DNA of 62,734 bases, filler included, from Rhabdomonas costata (GCA_019059605.1; 28 parts of 28 records of this genome joined end to end with filler, not necessarily neighbours in it), one strand, 5' to 3'; positions 1-12,288 are shown, counted from the first letter of the whole stretch. Numbers and translations: made by a program. Notes: generated from the sequence alone by a model not told the origin.

Positions 1-26
1 TTGTGTATATGGGTATTTTGGGGGTG

Positions 27-115
27 GGGCGTTAATCGTTTAGCACCGCTAAGCCTTTAGCGCTGCTAAGCGGTCGTAAATTTACTGATCCCCGTCAAAT
101 TAAAACATGTCTTTT
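27..115. mobile_element. Terminal sequence of a dispersed MITE-like repeat family (GGGCGTTAATCGTTTAGCACCGCT...)
   Basis: Similar to the reverse complement of 41586-41610 (GGGCGTTATACGTTTGGTACCGCT) and to both ends of 1749-2125. Confidence 0.45.
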
Positions 116-890
116 TAGGGAGAAGAAAAACATTACACCTAACCTCACTTTGCTCAATTAAATGCTTATAGAGGTGTTGACACAGTTGCGTAACCCCCGT
201 GTCTTAAAATGCAACATATTAAAATGTGTCTGATTTTGATGTTTGCTCACCCCATCCGCCGACTGGCCTCCGCGGTGCTGGCCTTCGCACCTAAAATAAT
301 CAAATCGCGTTTTATATCTCCTGGGAACCAGCACAAACATTGCTGAGGGGGGTGGGCGTCCAAGGCCATCCGCTATTGCATCAAAAAGCACCTTTTCAAC
401 GAAGACAACAATGAGAAAAAAACGATAAACAAGGAAAGTGATCACACAGTTTGTCCCACAAGAAACAAAACAGACGCCGTTCATCTTCTCATTAAGCTGC
501 CGTTCTCATGCGCCCGAATGGTGCAGTGGTGAACTGAGTGTAACCCCGCTTTTTTTTTTCGGTTTTGGTTCTTATAACGACGTCTCCTTTTGCTCTTTGT
601 TTCGGGTGAGGCGAAAGAGCAACCAGCACATTAGAAGCAGATGCAGTTCAGAGGTATTGAAGGCAGGCAGGCAGGCAGCCAGGCAGGAAGGAAGGAGTGA
701 AGTAAGGAATGCGCGACTGAAGGAATGAACTTCGTACCATAGCAAAAGCCTCTTTGTGGTACTTTTTTTCCATTGACGTGCTGGCGACAGTGCTTCGATC
801 CAAGGGCGCTTCGGGTTTTTTGGTTTGCAACACGACTGTGTGTGTGTCAGGACCCCCAAGCTCGCACACCCTCGCGCCTCTCCTTCTTAG

Positions 891-1076
891 CGTCGAGCTA
901 TACCTGCGGCTTGCCGAGCCCACTAACTGCTGGGTACTCTTACAGTGGCAGCGGGTGTGGGGGGTACATTCCCGTGGCGAGCTGCACAGGGCTGAGCTGC
1001 GCCTCGGGCTACTCGGGTTCAGCCAGTGTGAGCTGCAGCTCTTCCCTGGGTACCTTCACCCTCTCAGGCTGCGTAG
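891..1076 (+). CDS. Single 186-nt exon encoding a Cys/Gly/Ser-rich extracellular module (SSYTCGLPSP...CASGYSGSASVSC...FTLSGCV)
   Basis: Pyrimidine-rich AG at 889-890 and GT at 1077; symmetric phase 1-1; 6 Cys. Resembles the module at 58992-59150. Confidence 0.65.
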
Positions 1077-1748
1077 GTATACCCTTTAAGCTGCGTGTTG
1101 GGTTCTTGTTAAACGTGCAGCTGTTGACGAGAAGCACAGCTAAGCCGGAGCCGTTTCCCAAAGTATTCCTACTTTTCATTACCGTCCTTTTTAGAGTGGT
1201 GGTTACCACCCAGAGTGTACACCGACCAGCCTTTCATCCTTTGGCTTCTGACTTTAAGAGCTGCCACCTCAAGCCGACATAGAAAGAGGTACAATAGAAA
1301 AGTGGAACTGCGCTTTTTGCGGGAACGGGGTCGGGGTCGTTGAATACCCTACTGAGGCTTCCGGCTCCTCAATTCCGTGGCCATGTTCTATTGGCTCTTG
1401 TAAATCGGTGGAAGAGTGCCGGGTTTCACAGGGTAGCGTGAATCGAGTTGCACGTCCAGGACTGTCACCGATCCTGAAAGTATTCGAAGGGTAAGGTTGA
1501 GTAGGGTGCAGCTAATGAGCAAAAGCGTTGCTAAAGACCTCTTTTTGAGCCGGCTGGCCACCGCCCACCTTACACACAACCTCTGTTGCGCCAGAAAGAG
1601 GCAACAGCGCTCTCTCCGTTTTGGCAGTCCAACTTTTGCATCAGCCCGAGTGCTCCGTTCAGCTGAGTCGGCCCCGACAGCGCGAGCAGCTTCCTCCCAC
1701 GACAGCTCCGCACATTACCATCTTCCTCGAGTAGTTTTTCGGTGGCGG

Positions 1749-2125
1749 GGGCTTTAAACGTTTAGCTGGGCTGAACGGTTATTAAAATTCGAAAAACAGT
1801 ATACCCCACGTAGCTAAAAAAAAATGTTGAGAGATTTTTGAGACAGTTTACCTCATTCCCGCGCTATAATAATAAAAATTAAAATGTCCTTAAATGACAT
1901 CTCCAAGAAGCCAAGAAGGTGACTCGGTCGTTTAGCACTTTTAAACGTTTCACATCTCCCGCCCTGTGTCACGTCCCAACGCATCCGCCCGCTACGGCTG
2001 CGCCGCGGACTGGGCTCCACACCGAAAAGTATTCTGGTCCCATTTGCCCGCCAAAGCCCAGCCACCCCAATTCCAAAAACCCGCAATTCCAAAAAACGTT
2101 TAGCTCTGTGAAACGTAAAATGCCC
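1749..2125. mobile_element. Degenerate MITE-like element with imperfect ~35-bp terminal inverted repeats
   Basis: Left end GGGCTTTAAACGTTTAGCTGGGCTGAACG versus reverse complement of right end GGGCATTTTACGTTTCACAGAGCTAAACG. Internal blocks (TCGGTCGTTTAGCA; GCCAAAGCCCAGC; TCCAAAAA) recur at 41445-41560. Confidence 0.5.
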
Positions 2126-2146
2126 GCGTGTTCGCCCACACCCACC

Positions 2147-2246
2147 NNNNNNNNNNNNNNNNNNNNNNNNNNNNNNNNNNNNNNNNNNNNTTAATTAATT
2201 AANNNNNNNNNNNNNNNNNNNNNNNNNNNNNNNNNNNNNNNNNNNN
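2147..2246. other. Artificial contig linker (44 N + TTAATTAATTAA + 44 N); first of 27, spaced about every 2.24 kb
   Basis: The same linker recurs throughout, has stops in all six frames, and separates unrelated sequences of near-identical length. Confidence 0.98.
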
Positions 2247-2384
2247 GTGTTGGGTGTGGTTGGTGTGTTGGTGGTGTACAAGACCAGCTGTCTGCTGGGT
2301 GGAGGGCATTGGTGAGGCCTCCGAGACTTCCCGCCGCACGTGGTGCTGTCTGGATTTCTCACCAGTGCGCGCTTCCATTTTCAG

Positions 2385-3790
2385 GGCGTTTGCATAGTTT
2401 GCGCACAAGGCTTAGTGTACGATGGCTCGACGCCCACTGGCCGATGTGTCGCGGTATCGAGCTTGTTGTGGTGGACCGGAGTGGTCATCGGGGTCCCCTG
2501 CGGGGTGGCCGCGCTGTCGGCTTTGACAGTCGTCTTGGTTTTGCTCTGCCGCCGAAGGCTTTCCCGCAAGAAGCTCCTTCTGGCGGTGCCGAGAGGAGAG
2601 GCTGCTTTTGTATTCACCGATATTCAGGTGTTTTGATGTGCTTCGTGCGCTGCTTCTTGCTTTGCACTTGCACCAGGCCCCTGCTTTCTCTGACATATTT
2701 CACCTCGGGTCTGGTTGCCACACATCTTCCCGTGTGAAGATCCTGTCTGCTTAGTGGTGCGTTCATATGGATGGTCACGATAAACTCACGTCAGCTATTC
2801 CTTCCGGCAGGCACTTTTTTGCCCTGTGGTTGCATGTGCCCTTGTAAGTGCTACAAGTGGGACATTTTTTTTCTGACCCAGGGCAGCCAGGGACATTTTA
2901 TTCTTGCCTTCTTTGAATGGAAGAGTGAAAAGGGGTGTAAATCTATGATTTGATTTAAAAATATCTCGCCGCTGCTTATGTGATTGTGTATGCACAACTG
3001 CTTCTTGTGCTTTTGAAGTGCCAAAGTTGTCTCTGTCTTGCATCACCTTTGATATGACACAACCATGTTTGTACGAGCAGTGGCAAGTACTAAGTAGATG
3101 CCAAAATGATCACTTGAGGTGATCACACGCTTCCAAATCATTCCGCTTCCTGCGTCCTTATCATGGTGGGGTTTAACTGGTCTTCTCTTTCTTCATGTTC
3201 CCGGCTTTGCCTTCTTCAGCACTCCACTTATCTTTGGGAAACGTTCTCCGATATGGCCCTCGCCCTCGACATCCACAATGCTGTACTGCGAACCTTAATC
3301 GATACCTACGGTGCGCCTCGGAAGGAGAGCAGCAAGTCTATGGAATTATGTGCATCTATCGGGTTGATATGAACCAGCCGCGGTCTAATCTTCCCTTATC
3401 CTCAATTTGGGACACCATGACGACTCTGTCAATACACGCGTACACACTGGTCGTTGCGGAATCATGTTGGAATCCTGCTTGCGCAATGGACCAGCAGCGG
3501 CTGGCTCGGCCATTGGCATTTGCTTTGCTGTTCTGTCAGATGGCTACGAGGTGAAGACCATCGGGGACAGCTTCTTTGTGGCGTTCTCGGAGCCCAGGAA
3601 CGCCGTGCTTTTCGCGATGAAGGCCCAGCTGGAGATGCTGTCGGCGCCGTGGCCGGAGTCTTGTCTGCAGCTGCCAGAGTGCGCCACCCTGCTGGACGTC
3701 GAGGGCAACCTGCTGTGGCGCGGGCTGAGGATCCGGATCGGTGTTCATGTGGGAGAGGCCAGGGTCGAGATTGATCCATTAACGTTGAAG
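2385..3790 (+). CDS. Receptor-type class III adenylate cyclase, partial; exons 2385-2627, 3220-3310, 3540-3790
   Basis: Spliced product: Cys-rich juxtamembrane stretch, TM helix, then FVFTDIQ-HSTYLWE...ALDIHN...DGYEVKTIGDSFFVAF...GLRIRIGVHVG. Phase-consistent GT-AG junctions. Confidence 0.93.
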
Positions 3791-4299
3791 GTATTCACTG
3801 TGATGGATACTTCTCAACTTGCTCCCTTGAATACTGGTGGATCTATTGACAGGGAAGGGCATGGGTACTTGTTTTTTTTGGGTGGTTTGTGCCTCTCTGC
3901 GTTCCGCCAAAACTGTGATGATCAGTGTTTCCCATTTCTATCCAATGATTGATTCAGTTTGTGTGTATTTTCCCATTTGATTTGCGGAAATTGTGGAAGC
4001 CATAAGCAAAAAAAAACCCACGTAAACCCAATATAATGTCCCTAATGAACGTTGCCCTGACATACCTCATTGCAGCATACGCCCTTCATACCTCTTCATG
4101 TATTCAGCAAGGATTCAATATCGGCCCAACTTCTGATGGGGCTTCGACGAAGCTTGCTCGGGCACACTCTTGAAGAAAGCCTACGACAGCCTCCGCAACC
4201 GTGTCCCTGAGAATGGGAATGTCCTGCTGTTAACAGGGTGAGTGGGATCAGTAAGGAGCACCATTCGCTGACATTGAAACGAAGTAAAGAAGCTACGAA

Positions 4300-4387
4300 T
4301 TGTGGATAGAAACGCTGATAACACTGATAACGACCGTCAGGTTTCCTTAGCGGGTGATATCAGTGTTATCAGCGTTTCTATCCACAA
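4300..4387. repeat. Perfect 30-bp inverted repeat with 28-nt spacer
   Basis: TTGTGGATAGAAACGCTGATAACACTGATA (4300-4329) and its exact reverse complement (4358-4387). Confidence 0.92.
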
Positions 4388-5218
4388 CCACNNNNNNNNN
4401 NNNNNNNNNNNNNNNNNNNNNNNNNNNNNNNNNNNTTAATTAATTAANNNNNNNNNNNNNNNNNNNNNNNNNNNNNNNNNNNNNNNNNNNNAGTGTGTGG
4501 GCGAGGAGCTCGGAGTAGCCCTGGGTGTGCTGCTGGAGGCTCTTCGAGAGGGCCTTTGGGGGACAAAACAGCGGGCACGTGTGAGTTGACCCATTGCGGC
4601 TTTCCAGAGAAGGCGCAGAACACGGGAAACTAGAAGCATACGGGCGTACAAAGCATGCGAACTCTTACAAAGTCATTTAGTGGGGTCACCATGACAGTAG
4701 CAGTTCTCGGAGAGGCACTGCCCAAAGGAATAACCCAACCGAAGATATACAGAACGACAGTACGCTGGCACTGATGCAATCATGTGAGGATGCTCTGTGG
4801 GCCCAGCTCCTCCCAAACCCTGATGCGGCATATTATTCAATGAAGCCCGCACACAAAGGGGGTAGGATAGGTTCTGCCAATGCTGACAATGCAATGCGGG
4901 TTTCCAAAGAAAGGGCCTGTCTGGTCAAACAGAAGCACAACCTCAACGATAGCCGAGCCATTTTATCTGGTCAACAGGGCCCCTGGGTCACCTTCACGGG
5001 GAGAGACACCCCGACCGAAGATAGGTGAATATTAGACTCAGAACGAAGCACGCGCGGCGTTGGCGCGAAGATGTCTGCATGCCTTGTGATGTCCCACTCG
5101 TACCTATCAGGATTTTCATTTCCGTTGTGAAGCCGACGTACAGGAGAACAGACAAAGAGCGAGGTTCCATTCGACCCATCCACGCTTACCGCAATCCGAA
5201 CTCTTGCAAGTGCATTCT

Positions 5219-6580
5219 TTAGGTCAGCAGGACACGTCTGGGAGTCACTCCTGGGGCACGTCGAAAAAAAACAGCCATTCCGAAGCCCGAAGATAGTGAG
5301 AAATAAGAATTTAGACCAAGAACCACAGGACGCGCAAGAATGCAAACTTGTAGGGATTCATTGTAGGCACCCGATCCCAATCGGCAAATTCTCTCTTCTG
5401 CAGCGCCCTCTGCGGAAGATGACACGCTTCTCGTCACAAGCGCATCCGATACCTCCACACTGAAATGATCCCCCAAGACCAGCGCTGAGGTGGGCAGAGG
5501 CAGACCTTCGGGTGCACGACGAGACTCCGAACATCCATTCAGCTGTGAGACATAATCGTTCCAAATGGATGAAATCTCAGCACTCCAACCCTCGGGGTAC
5601 AAAACGGAGCAGTGAAGTCGGCCAATTTTCACCGCAAGGCTGAAGCTGTTCCCCACTGAAGCTGGCCTTGGCTCCTGTTCCGAGGGTGGAGTCCCTGGAG
5701 CCGGGAAACTTGCAGAACTGCACATCAGCTCCCGAACAATCTCCAGATGCGTTGGCTGGACAATGGCCTGTATGGCAGGCAGGATGATGTCCACGGACTG
5801 AAAGGACGAAGAGGAGCTTGGGATATGCTGCGAAAGAGTGATGCTGACCACTAGAGGGTTGGCGTAATCAGTGCAGAGCAAGTAGCCTGGGTCTCTCTCA
5901 GGGTCCTCTCCTTTGTACAGTTGTAGTGTGACCGCTTTCATACACACCTGCTTCTTGTACATGGTGGGGAGCGAAAGAGCAGAAGAACTTTCAGAGGCCG
6001 CGGAGGCGTCAGTAAAAGAGAATGAGGGAATCCGAAGCTCAACCGTTGCTTTCGTCTCTGGAGATGTCGGGAACGTAAGCTGAAGCCGGACATCGGTGAT
6101 GTCCACTGCGATTCGTTGAAGCAGTAAGTCAAGCAAAGCTTCCACACCACGCAAACTTCGGGGCCGCGGTCCTGGTTCATCCTCTGCCTCCTTCCCTGGA
6201 TCTGGTGCCGAACATTCCGTCTGCGTGGGAGACGTGGTTTCAGCAGGCTCTGCTCCGTTCGCGCCAGTGAGCTCACAGCTGAGATATAGACCATCCATCT
6301 CAACCAGAAGAACACCCACTGTCTGTCTGATACTTATGCTGCGAATGGAGCCATTCCGGAATTCAAAGGGCTGCCCCTGAAGTGCCGTGGCGTTGATGTA
6401 GGCCACATTTACGTTGACCTTACGTAGAAGCAAAGCAGTCTGCGCCAGCGCATTCTTGGAAATCTGAACCGCACCAATATCAAGGTACGGAGCGAGCTGA
6501 CGGTTCAGCATCAAGTGAGCGAGGCTGCACGACCCAGACCTTAAGGCACCGAGGACCACTTCCTTAATCCACGACGCCAT
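5219..6580 (-). CDS. ATG2: ATG2-like (chorein-N/VPS13 superfamily) lipid-transfer protein, N-terminal part; first exon probably ends at 5348
   Basis: 453-aa ORF with LNRQLAPYL...NVNVAYIN...PFEFRNGSIRSISI...LVEMDGLYL and GVEALLDLLLQRIAVDITDVRLQL, matching the ATG2 N-terminal pattern. Polypyrimidine tract upstream of the ATG; CAA|GT donor at 5347. Confidence 0.75.
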   Translation of the reverse strand: MASWIKEVVLGALRSGSCSLAHLMLNRQLAPYLDIGAVQISKNALAQTALLLRKVNVNVAYINATALQGQPFEFRNGSIRSISIRQTVGVLLVEMDGLYLSCELTGANGAEPAETTSPTQTECSAPDPGKEAEDEPGPRPRSLRGVEALLDLLLQRIAVDITDVRLQLTFPTSPETKATVELRIPSFSFTDASAASESSSALSLPTMYKKQVCMKAVTLQLYKGEDPERDPGYLLCTDYANPLVVSITLSQHIPSSSSSFQSVDIILPAIQAIVQPTHLEIVRELMCSSASFPAPGTPPSEQEPRPASVGNSFSLAVKIGRLHCSVLYPEGWSAEISSIWNDYVSQLNGCSESRRAPEGLPLPTSALVLGDHFSVEVSDALVTRSVSSSAEGAAEERICRLGSGAYNESLQVCILARPVVLGLNSYFSLSSGFGMAVFFRRAPGVTPRRVLLT

Positions 6581-9500
6581 TGCGCCGGAAAAAGAAAAGA
6601 ATGATCAGGTGAGAGCAAAAAGGCAGGAAAACCAACCNNNNNNNNNNNNNNNNNNNNNNNNNNNNNNNNNNNNNNNNNNNNTTAATTAATTAANNNNNNN
6701 NNNNNNNNNNNNNNNNNNNNNNNNNNNNNNNNNNNNNCTTATCGAGCGAGGTGGTCCTAGACGGTTCCGGCCAGAAGCGGCCGTGTTTGCAGCTCTCTGG
6801 AGCTGTTGTGTTATCTTCCCCCTGTCCTTCTCTCTGCATCTTGGCTTTGCTCACTCACCTACTCCACCACTCCTCTGTTCCGCTACATGGGTGGGACGTG
6901 TTTTCAGACCATCATCGGTTCTTTATCTCTCTTCCGCGAAAAAAAAAAAGGGGGGGGGTAGGTGTAGTCTCTGGAGGATGGGTGCGGGCATGGGAGAATG
7001 GGTACGGGCATGGGAGGATGGGCCGCGTGAAGGATGGCAGTTTTGCTTTCTCTTGGCCCTTCTCTAGTTTCTCTTTCTCTTCCTTCCTTACTTTCTCACT
7101 CTTTACGCGTGCGCGTGTGAAGAAAAGACGATGCTTGTGCGAAGGCTTGCTCAGTCAACGATGGTTGGCAGGCGCTGTGAGAAGAGCTATTTTCTGCTTG
7201 TGACCTTGGCCCTCTTCTTCTGAGTCTGGAATAGACAATCCCCTCAAGAATGGTTTGGAGTAAGAGCGGGTCCCGTTCCTGCCCTAATTAATGGTGGTGG
7301 GCCCCCGGGCAAGGGCTGGCGCTTCACCTCCCTGTGACTTAAATGCCTTAACATCCATTTTATCATTCCTCCCGCAGCGCCCTGATCGTGCGGCACTTGG
7401 GGAGCGCCAGCAGGAAACTCAAGCCCAGCTGACTGTGAAGCACTCTTTTTATCTTGTTGCTGTCAGAAGGCTTATACCGACAATATTTCTACCAAATTCG
7501 CAGCAGCTCAACCCGAATGGTATTGGTTTTTTGTTGTTTGAGTCCGTTGGATGCCTGGAAGTCAGAAATCAGGCCCTCCTCATGCTATTTATCACTTCGT
7601 CATTTGAATCACAACCGATGACCACCCATTTAGGGCGGTTAGGCAAACCTGGTCAGCAGGACACCCTTTGCACCGTTCACGGCGCATATGTATGAAGGGC
7701 AGCTAGTGCCCCTCTGTGGTTTGGTCACTTCCTCTGTTTTCAGCATCGCTGACTCTTGACGTTTGATGTGTGCCGTGTCATTTTCTCTTTCTGGGTGCCT
7801 TCTTTTCGCAGATTGATGTGCTTTTTGAGTTTCCCTCCAATAGTCAACGTCCCCCCTCTTCCTCCTCCTCCTCATCACCATCACCATCATCACAACCGCG
7901 GGGTGGGCTTGTCTCCTCAAATGTGGTGACAATGTTCTGGAGAATCCGGCGCGTCTTCAACGCGCAATCGACCAGGGCGTCCGATTTCGGTCATCATCCC
8001 CCATTTTCCTCCTCCTCGTCGTCACTACCATCATCATCATTCATCATTGCAACAGGGTGCCCGTTGCCCCCAATGGTTTTCGTGAACGAGCCGGTATGCC
8101 AAGGAGGGGCCCGGGCGAAAGCCAAAGGGACAAGGGCTTTTCGATTTTCCCGATTACGACGACGGCCTCCGAAGGAGCACGAAGCCCAAGAAGTACGAAG
8201 CCGAAAACCCCCCAGAAGCAGCACAAGGCACCAGCAGCGGCGGCGGCAGCAGGAGACCTTACGAGTTTTGCGCCGGGAGTGTTTTTGCGTTGTGTGGGGT
8301 GTGTTTTTGTGTTGCGTTCCCGTTGAAGCTGGACCGCCCAAACCGCTTGCCAAGGTGATGCATGGGCAATGTATTATTTTACAATTTATTTTCAGAAAAT
8401 GAAGACAAAATGCTGGTAATACTACACGTGTTTAACAGTTCACCGCATTAGAAAGACCGGTTTCAGGATCACCCCCCAAACTCTTCAACACATCTACAAT
8501 TTGGGCGACAATGTTGGGCGCATTTTTGAATACAAAGGTTCTAAATAGGCAATATGTGGCTTCGCTCATAGGTGACGGCCTTTAAACAATAAATAGTGGA
8601 ATGTGATGTAACGTCCTTGTAAACTCCATTCAGTAATGGAAAAACGTTTTTGAAACACCCGGAACGGGGCGAACATAACCCCTTCGCACCTCAACTGTAG
8701 GTCAGCAGGTACAGGTGGTAGGCCAGGTGGTTGTCGTAGACAATGCCTACCGGAGAGCCTTTGGTTACCACCGAGACACTTTTGTGGCGGAAATTGGCGG
8801 AGGAGGAGGACGAAGGCTCATCGAACGTTTATGAAGTGCGAGAGAATCTGCTGTCAGGAGGCAGCACTCGCCCACCCCACCCNNNNNNNNNNNNNNNNNN
8901 NNNNNNNNNNNNNNNNNNNNNNNNNNTTAATTAATTAANNNNNNNNNNNNNNNNNNNNNNNNNNNNNNNNNNNNNNNNNNNNTTGGGCACGTGATGAACA
9001 CAGTACACACGTGGTACTCTTCCGAAGTTGAAGGGTGAGAAACGCAGCAGCTCTCGTGGGCTTTCTGTCAGGTTCAACGCCTACGAAGGCTGCGGACGAG
9101 GGGGTTGTCCGTGCCGTGATCCATGGTGTCGCGAGAGTCTTTCCGCTAAGACACGTCCTACATACCGATGCTCAGGCAGCGCGATTTTCTATTGGTGAAA
9201 AGCCCTCGAATTGTTTAACCGGAACAGAGTCACTGGGTGTTTATCTACCCATAGTTCAATACCATCCAGCTTCTCTTAACAATACGGTAAGGTCCACGGG
9301 CCCTGAAAAAAATCGCAGGAACCTACACCATTGTTGTTATTTTTGCTTTTCAGCCACTATGTTCTTTTTTGCAAGAAATAAGAAAACTGTGTTCAAATTT
9401 TGGAGCCTGTTCTCAACATAACCTGTACTCTTCAGTTGAATTTGTTTGCTAAAGTTGGGAGGTTGTCATCCGAATGAAGGAGTGAACGTTGTGTTCATAG

Positions 9501-9690
9501 CATTTTTTTACAAATAGCGATTTTTCAGTGGGTCTTCTTCGTCATGGTTTTGGAGCTTTCCCCCCCCCCCTGAGAGTTTGCTGATAACAATCGACATGCA
9601 AGGCCCAGCTAAACTGAACCTAAATCAACTTGAGGGAAGCTTTGAAAGAAAACGCTCTTCCTTCTTGTTTCTCGTTTTTTTGGATCTCAG

Positions 9691-10907
9691 GGAGCGAGAA
9701 TATGAAAAACTTGAGCTGATTGGTGAAGGCACCTACGGAGAAGTGCACGTTTGCAGGAATCGGGTGACTCAAGAAATCGTTGCGGTTAAGCTAATTAAGT
9801 CCGAGGAGGATGGAGAGGGCATTCCTGCAACGTGTGTTCGGGAGATCAAGATTCACCAAGCGCTGGAGCATCCAAGTGTGTTCTTCGTTGTTGTTGTTTT
9901 GTGATTTTTGGGGATTTTTTTACCCTCATCAGTTCACCAAAATTATTTCAATAATAATCGAATGTGAACTGGGTCTTGTGCACTCATGGTAGTTTTTGTT
10001 CCTTAGGTAGTGCCGGACAAAACGTATTTATCCGCATATCAACAGCGCGGTGCTGAGGCCAAACGTTAGGCCTTCGCATTTGGTGACGCCCACCGTGACG
10101 CTTCTCCGGTTGCCTTTGTGTTGCACATTTGGGTTTTCTTTCGCAGACATTGTGAGGTTGAAACGAAGCGTCCTCTCTAGTATGTGTGGTGCCCCCCATT
10201 GTGTATTCTGTTGTGGTGCATTTTGTGTCATATCGCCAGTACTTTGGCTTTTTGTTGTAGGGCCGTGCAGCCCGAGAAGTGTCTCCCCCGTTTCTAACTG
10301 TGAAGATGGACCGTCGGTCACACCACCCTTGCAAGGCGGATGTTCAGGTTGTTGGGCATCGTCACCTCCGTCTCTTCCTTCACTTCGTCTTGCCAGCAGC
10401 ACCCAACTTGCCCGACTTGCACTGATTGACAAGATTCACGTTGGAAATGAGATGGGGGGGGTCACTTTCATCACTTAATTCAACTGCGTCTCTGCGCGCG
10501 CCCCGCTCTCCTCTTTTGTTTTGCACTCGGGAAGCCAAATTCTTGCATTTCCACTGAGCACCCGAGTTTGGTGCAACGAGCCTGGGAAACAGTCCCTTTT
10601 TTTTTCGATGGTTTTCTCGGCAGACTTAGGGATGCCCTCTTCCTAACTTTTCGGGCAAGGCCTCTTTGCTCACACAAACATACATACACACACTCTCTTT
10701 CTCCATTTCTCTCTCACTCTCTTTCTCGCCATCGGCTCACAGTGCGGCCGACGATTGTGCTTGTGTTCGAGTATGTAGAGCATGACCTGTTCGGTGTTCT
10801 GCACAAGAGTCCCTTGGCGGAGGAGGTCATCCGGCTGTACTTCCGCCAGCTTCTCAGCGGGCTGGACTATCTTCACCGGCGGGGCTTCATCCACAGAGAT
10901 CTAAAAC
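9691..10907 (+). CDS. Cyclin-dependent kinase (CDK/CRK family), partial; exons 9691-9875, 10147-10179, probably 10261-10347, 10743-10907
   Basis: YEKLELIGEGTYGEV, VAVKLIK, EGIPATCVREI (PSTAIRE variant), HPNIVRL, LVFEYVEHDL, IHRDLK; all GT-AG and phase-consistent. Confidence 0.95.
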
Positions 10908-11520
10908 GTATGGCACTGCTTTACCTGAGTTTACGGGTTCCGACCTTGGCTTCTCATCTTACAGCCCTATCGATTATGGACGCTCGTAGATGTTTTTTGT
11001 ATGTGGTAGCCCACTGCACGGAAGCGTTTCGAGTCAGCTGCCATCGAATCCCCCAGTAACCATCACAAATAAAGACATCTTCGAGCTGCTTCGGCATCCA
11101 CAAAGGGGTCCGCATTCGCTGTGCTANNNNNNNNNNNNNNNNNNNNNNNNNNNNNNNNNNNNNNNNNNNNTTAATTAATTAANNNNNNNNNNNNNNNNNN
11201 NNNNNNNNNNNNNNNNNNNNNNNNNNGTTTGTTGGGAAGAAAAGCCACCGCTCATGGTTCTATGGACACATCTGTGAAGGGCACGTGCCGAGATTAAAAA
11301 AAGCACACCTCCAAAGCACACCTCCAAAGCCCCATCTTCTGACTGCCAGAAATTTCATTTCGCGCCCCCCCCCCCCTATGGTCTTCAATCCCGACGATCT
11401 GCCCTGATTCTCTTTCTAAGTTCGTGCTGCTTTTGCAGAGTGACGGAAAGGCACCGCATGACGCCGATTCTTCTTTAAGGGTTTTCACTTTCGCAGAATA
11501 CATCACAGACACAAACACAC

Positions 11521-12288
11521 CTCCGCTGCCCTGGGAGTACGCCGGGCTTTGCGCGGGAAGAAACCTCAGCTTTCCGCGGGGCACGGGAATGTCCTGCGAC
11601 CTGGTGACGGCAACCCACTCCTGCGCCAGTGGAGAGTGAGTGAGAATCAGTAGCGAGGGAATGAGATGGATGGGCGGATTAGCGCATACGGCACAAGGCG
11701 GTGGAATTGCATACCCACAACGAATCTGATGGGAGGTCTTCTCCACTTGGAACCCAAGCATAAAGCGGGAGAAAGGCTTGTAGGTGCGCGGTTCAAAAGG
11801 CAGTAGGCAGTCAGAGGTCTGGGGGTAAAACGCAAAGAAGGCGGAACCCAATAACTCAGAAAGAGAGAGAGAGGTGAAGGCCAATGGATATAGGAACATG
11901 ACCTGAATGGACAGGGTGCTTGCAAAACCACACACAAAAGGCAAACCAAAACACAAGGCAAGAAAATGCAATTTGTACAGTGCCTACTACTTCTCCTTCT
12001 CTTTCCTTCAGCCGTTCAGTTGGAGAGATGGAGAAGGGAAGAGAGGCAGGACAGAATTCTTCAGAGGTAAACAGGGGAGGAAAACGGGGGTAAGGCTCCG
12101 ACCTGGAAGCTCTCGTCCCAGTACTGCAGGACATCCCCGGGCTCGGGTCGCACCGCAGGGAGCGTGAGCCGGGCCACCAGCTGCTGCCGGAACTCATCCA
12201 CCCCGAAAGGCTGCCCTGGGGGCGGCATCCTCATATCCACCCGCTCGTTCTGAGACTCCCCGCGACGCACCACAAATAGCGCGTCCAT
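11521..12288 (-). CDS. Hypothetical protein, N-terminal exons 12288-12103 and 11620-11521 (possible beta-grasp/PB1-like domain)
   Basis: ATG after a pyrimidine-rich tract; CAG|GT and CAG|GAG junctions join ...VLQYWDESFQ|EWVAVTRSQDIP...KLRF; GC-rich codons. Confidence 0.6.

Noticed and set aside
2191-2202. Regularly spaced TTAATTAATTAA palindromes resembling an array
   Set aside because: Always embedded in 44-N flanks; an artificial all-frame-stop linker, not CRISPR or any biological repeat.
7850-8060. Two similar acidic D/E-coding tracts on the minus strand
   Set aside because: Low-complexity trinucleotide runs that each end in a stop; no supportable gene model.
11304-11331. Scattered 7-15-nt tandem duplications (also ~26586, 27740, 34890, 52068, 62550)
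   Set aside because: The units are unrelated and occur in two or three copies each, consistent with ordinary slippage.
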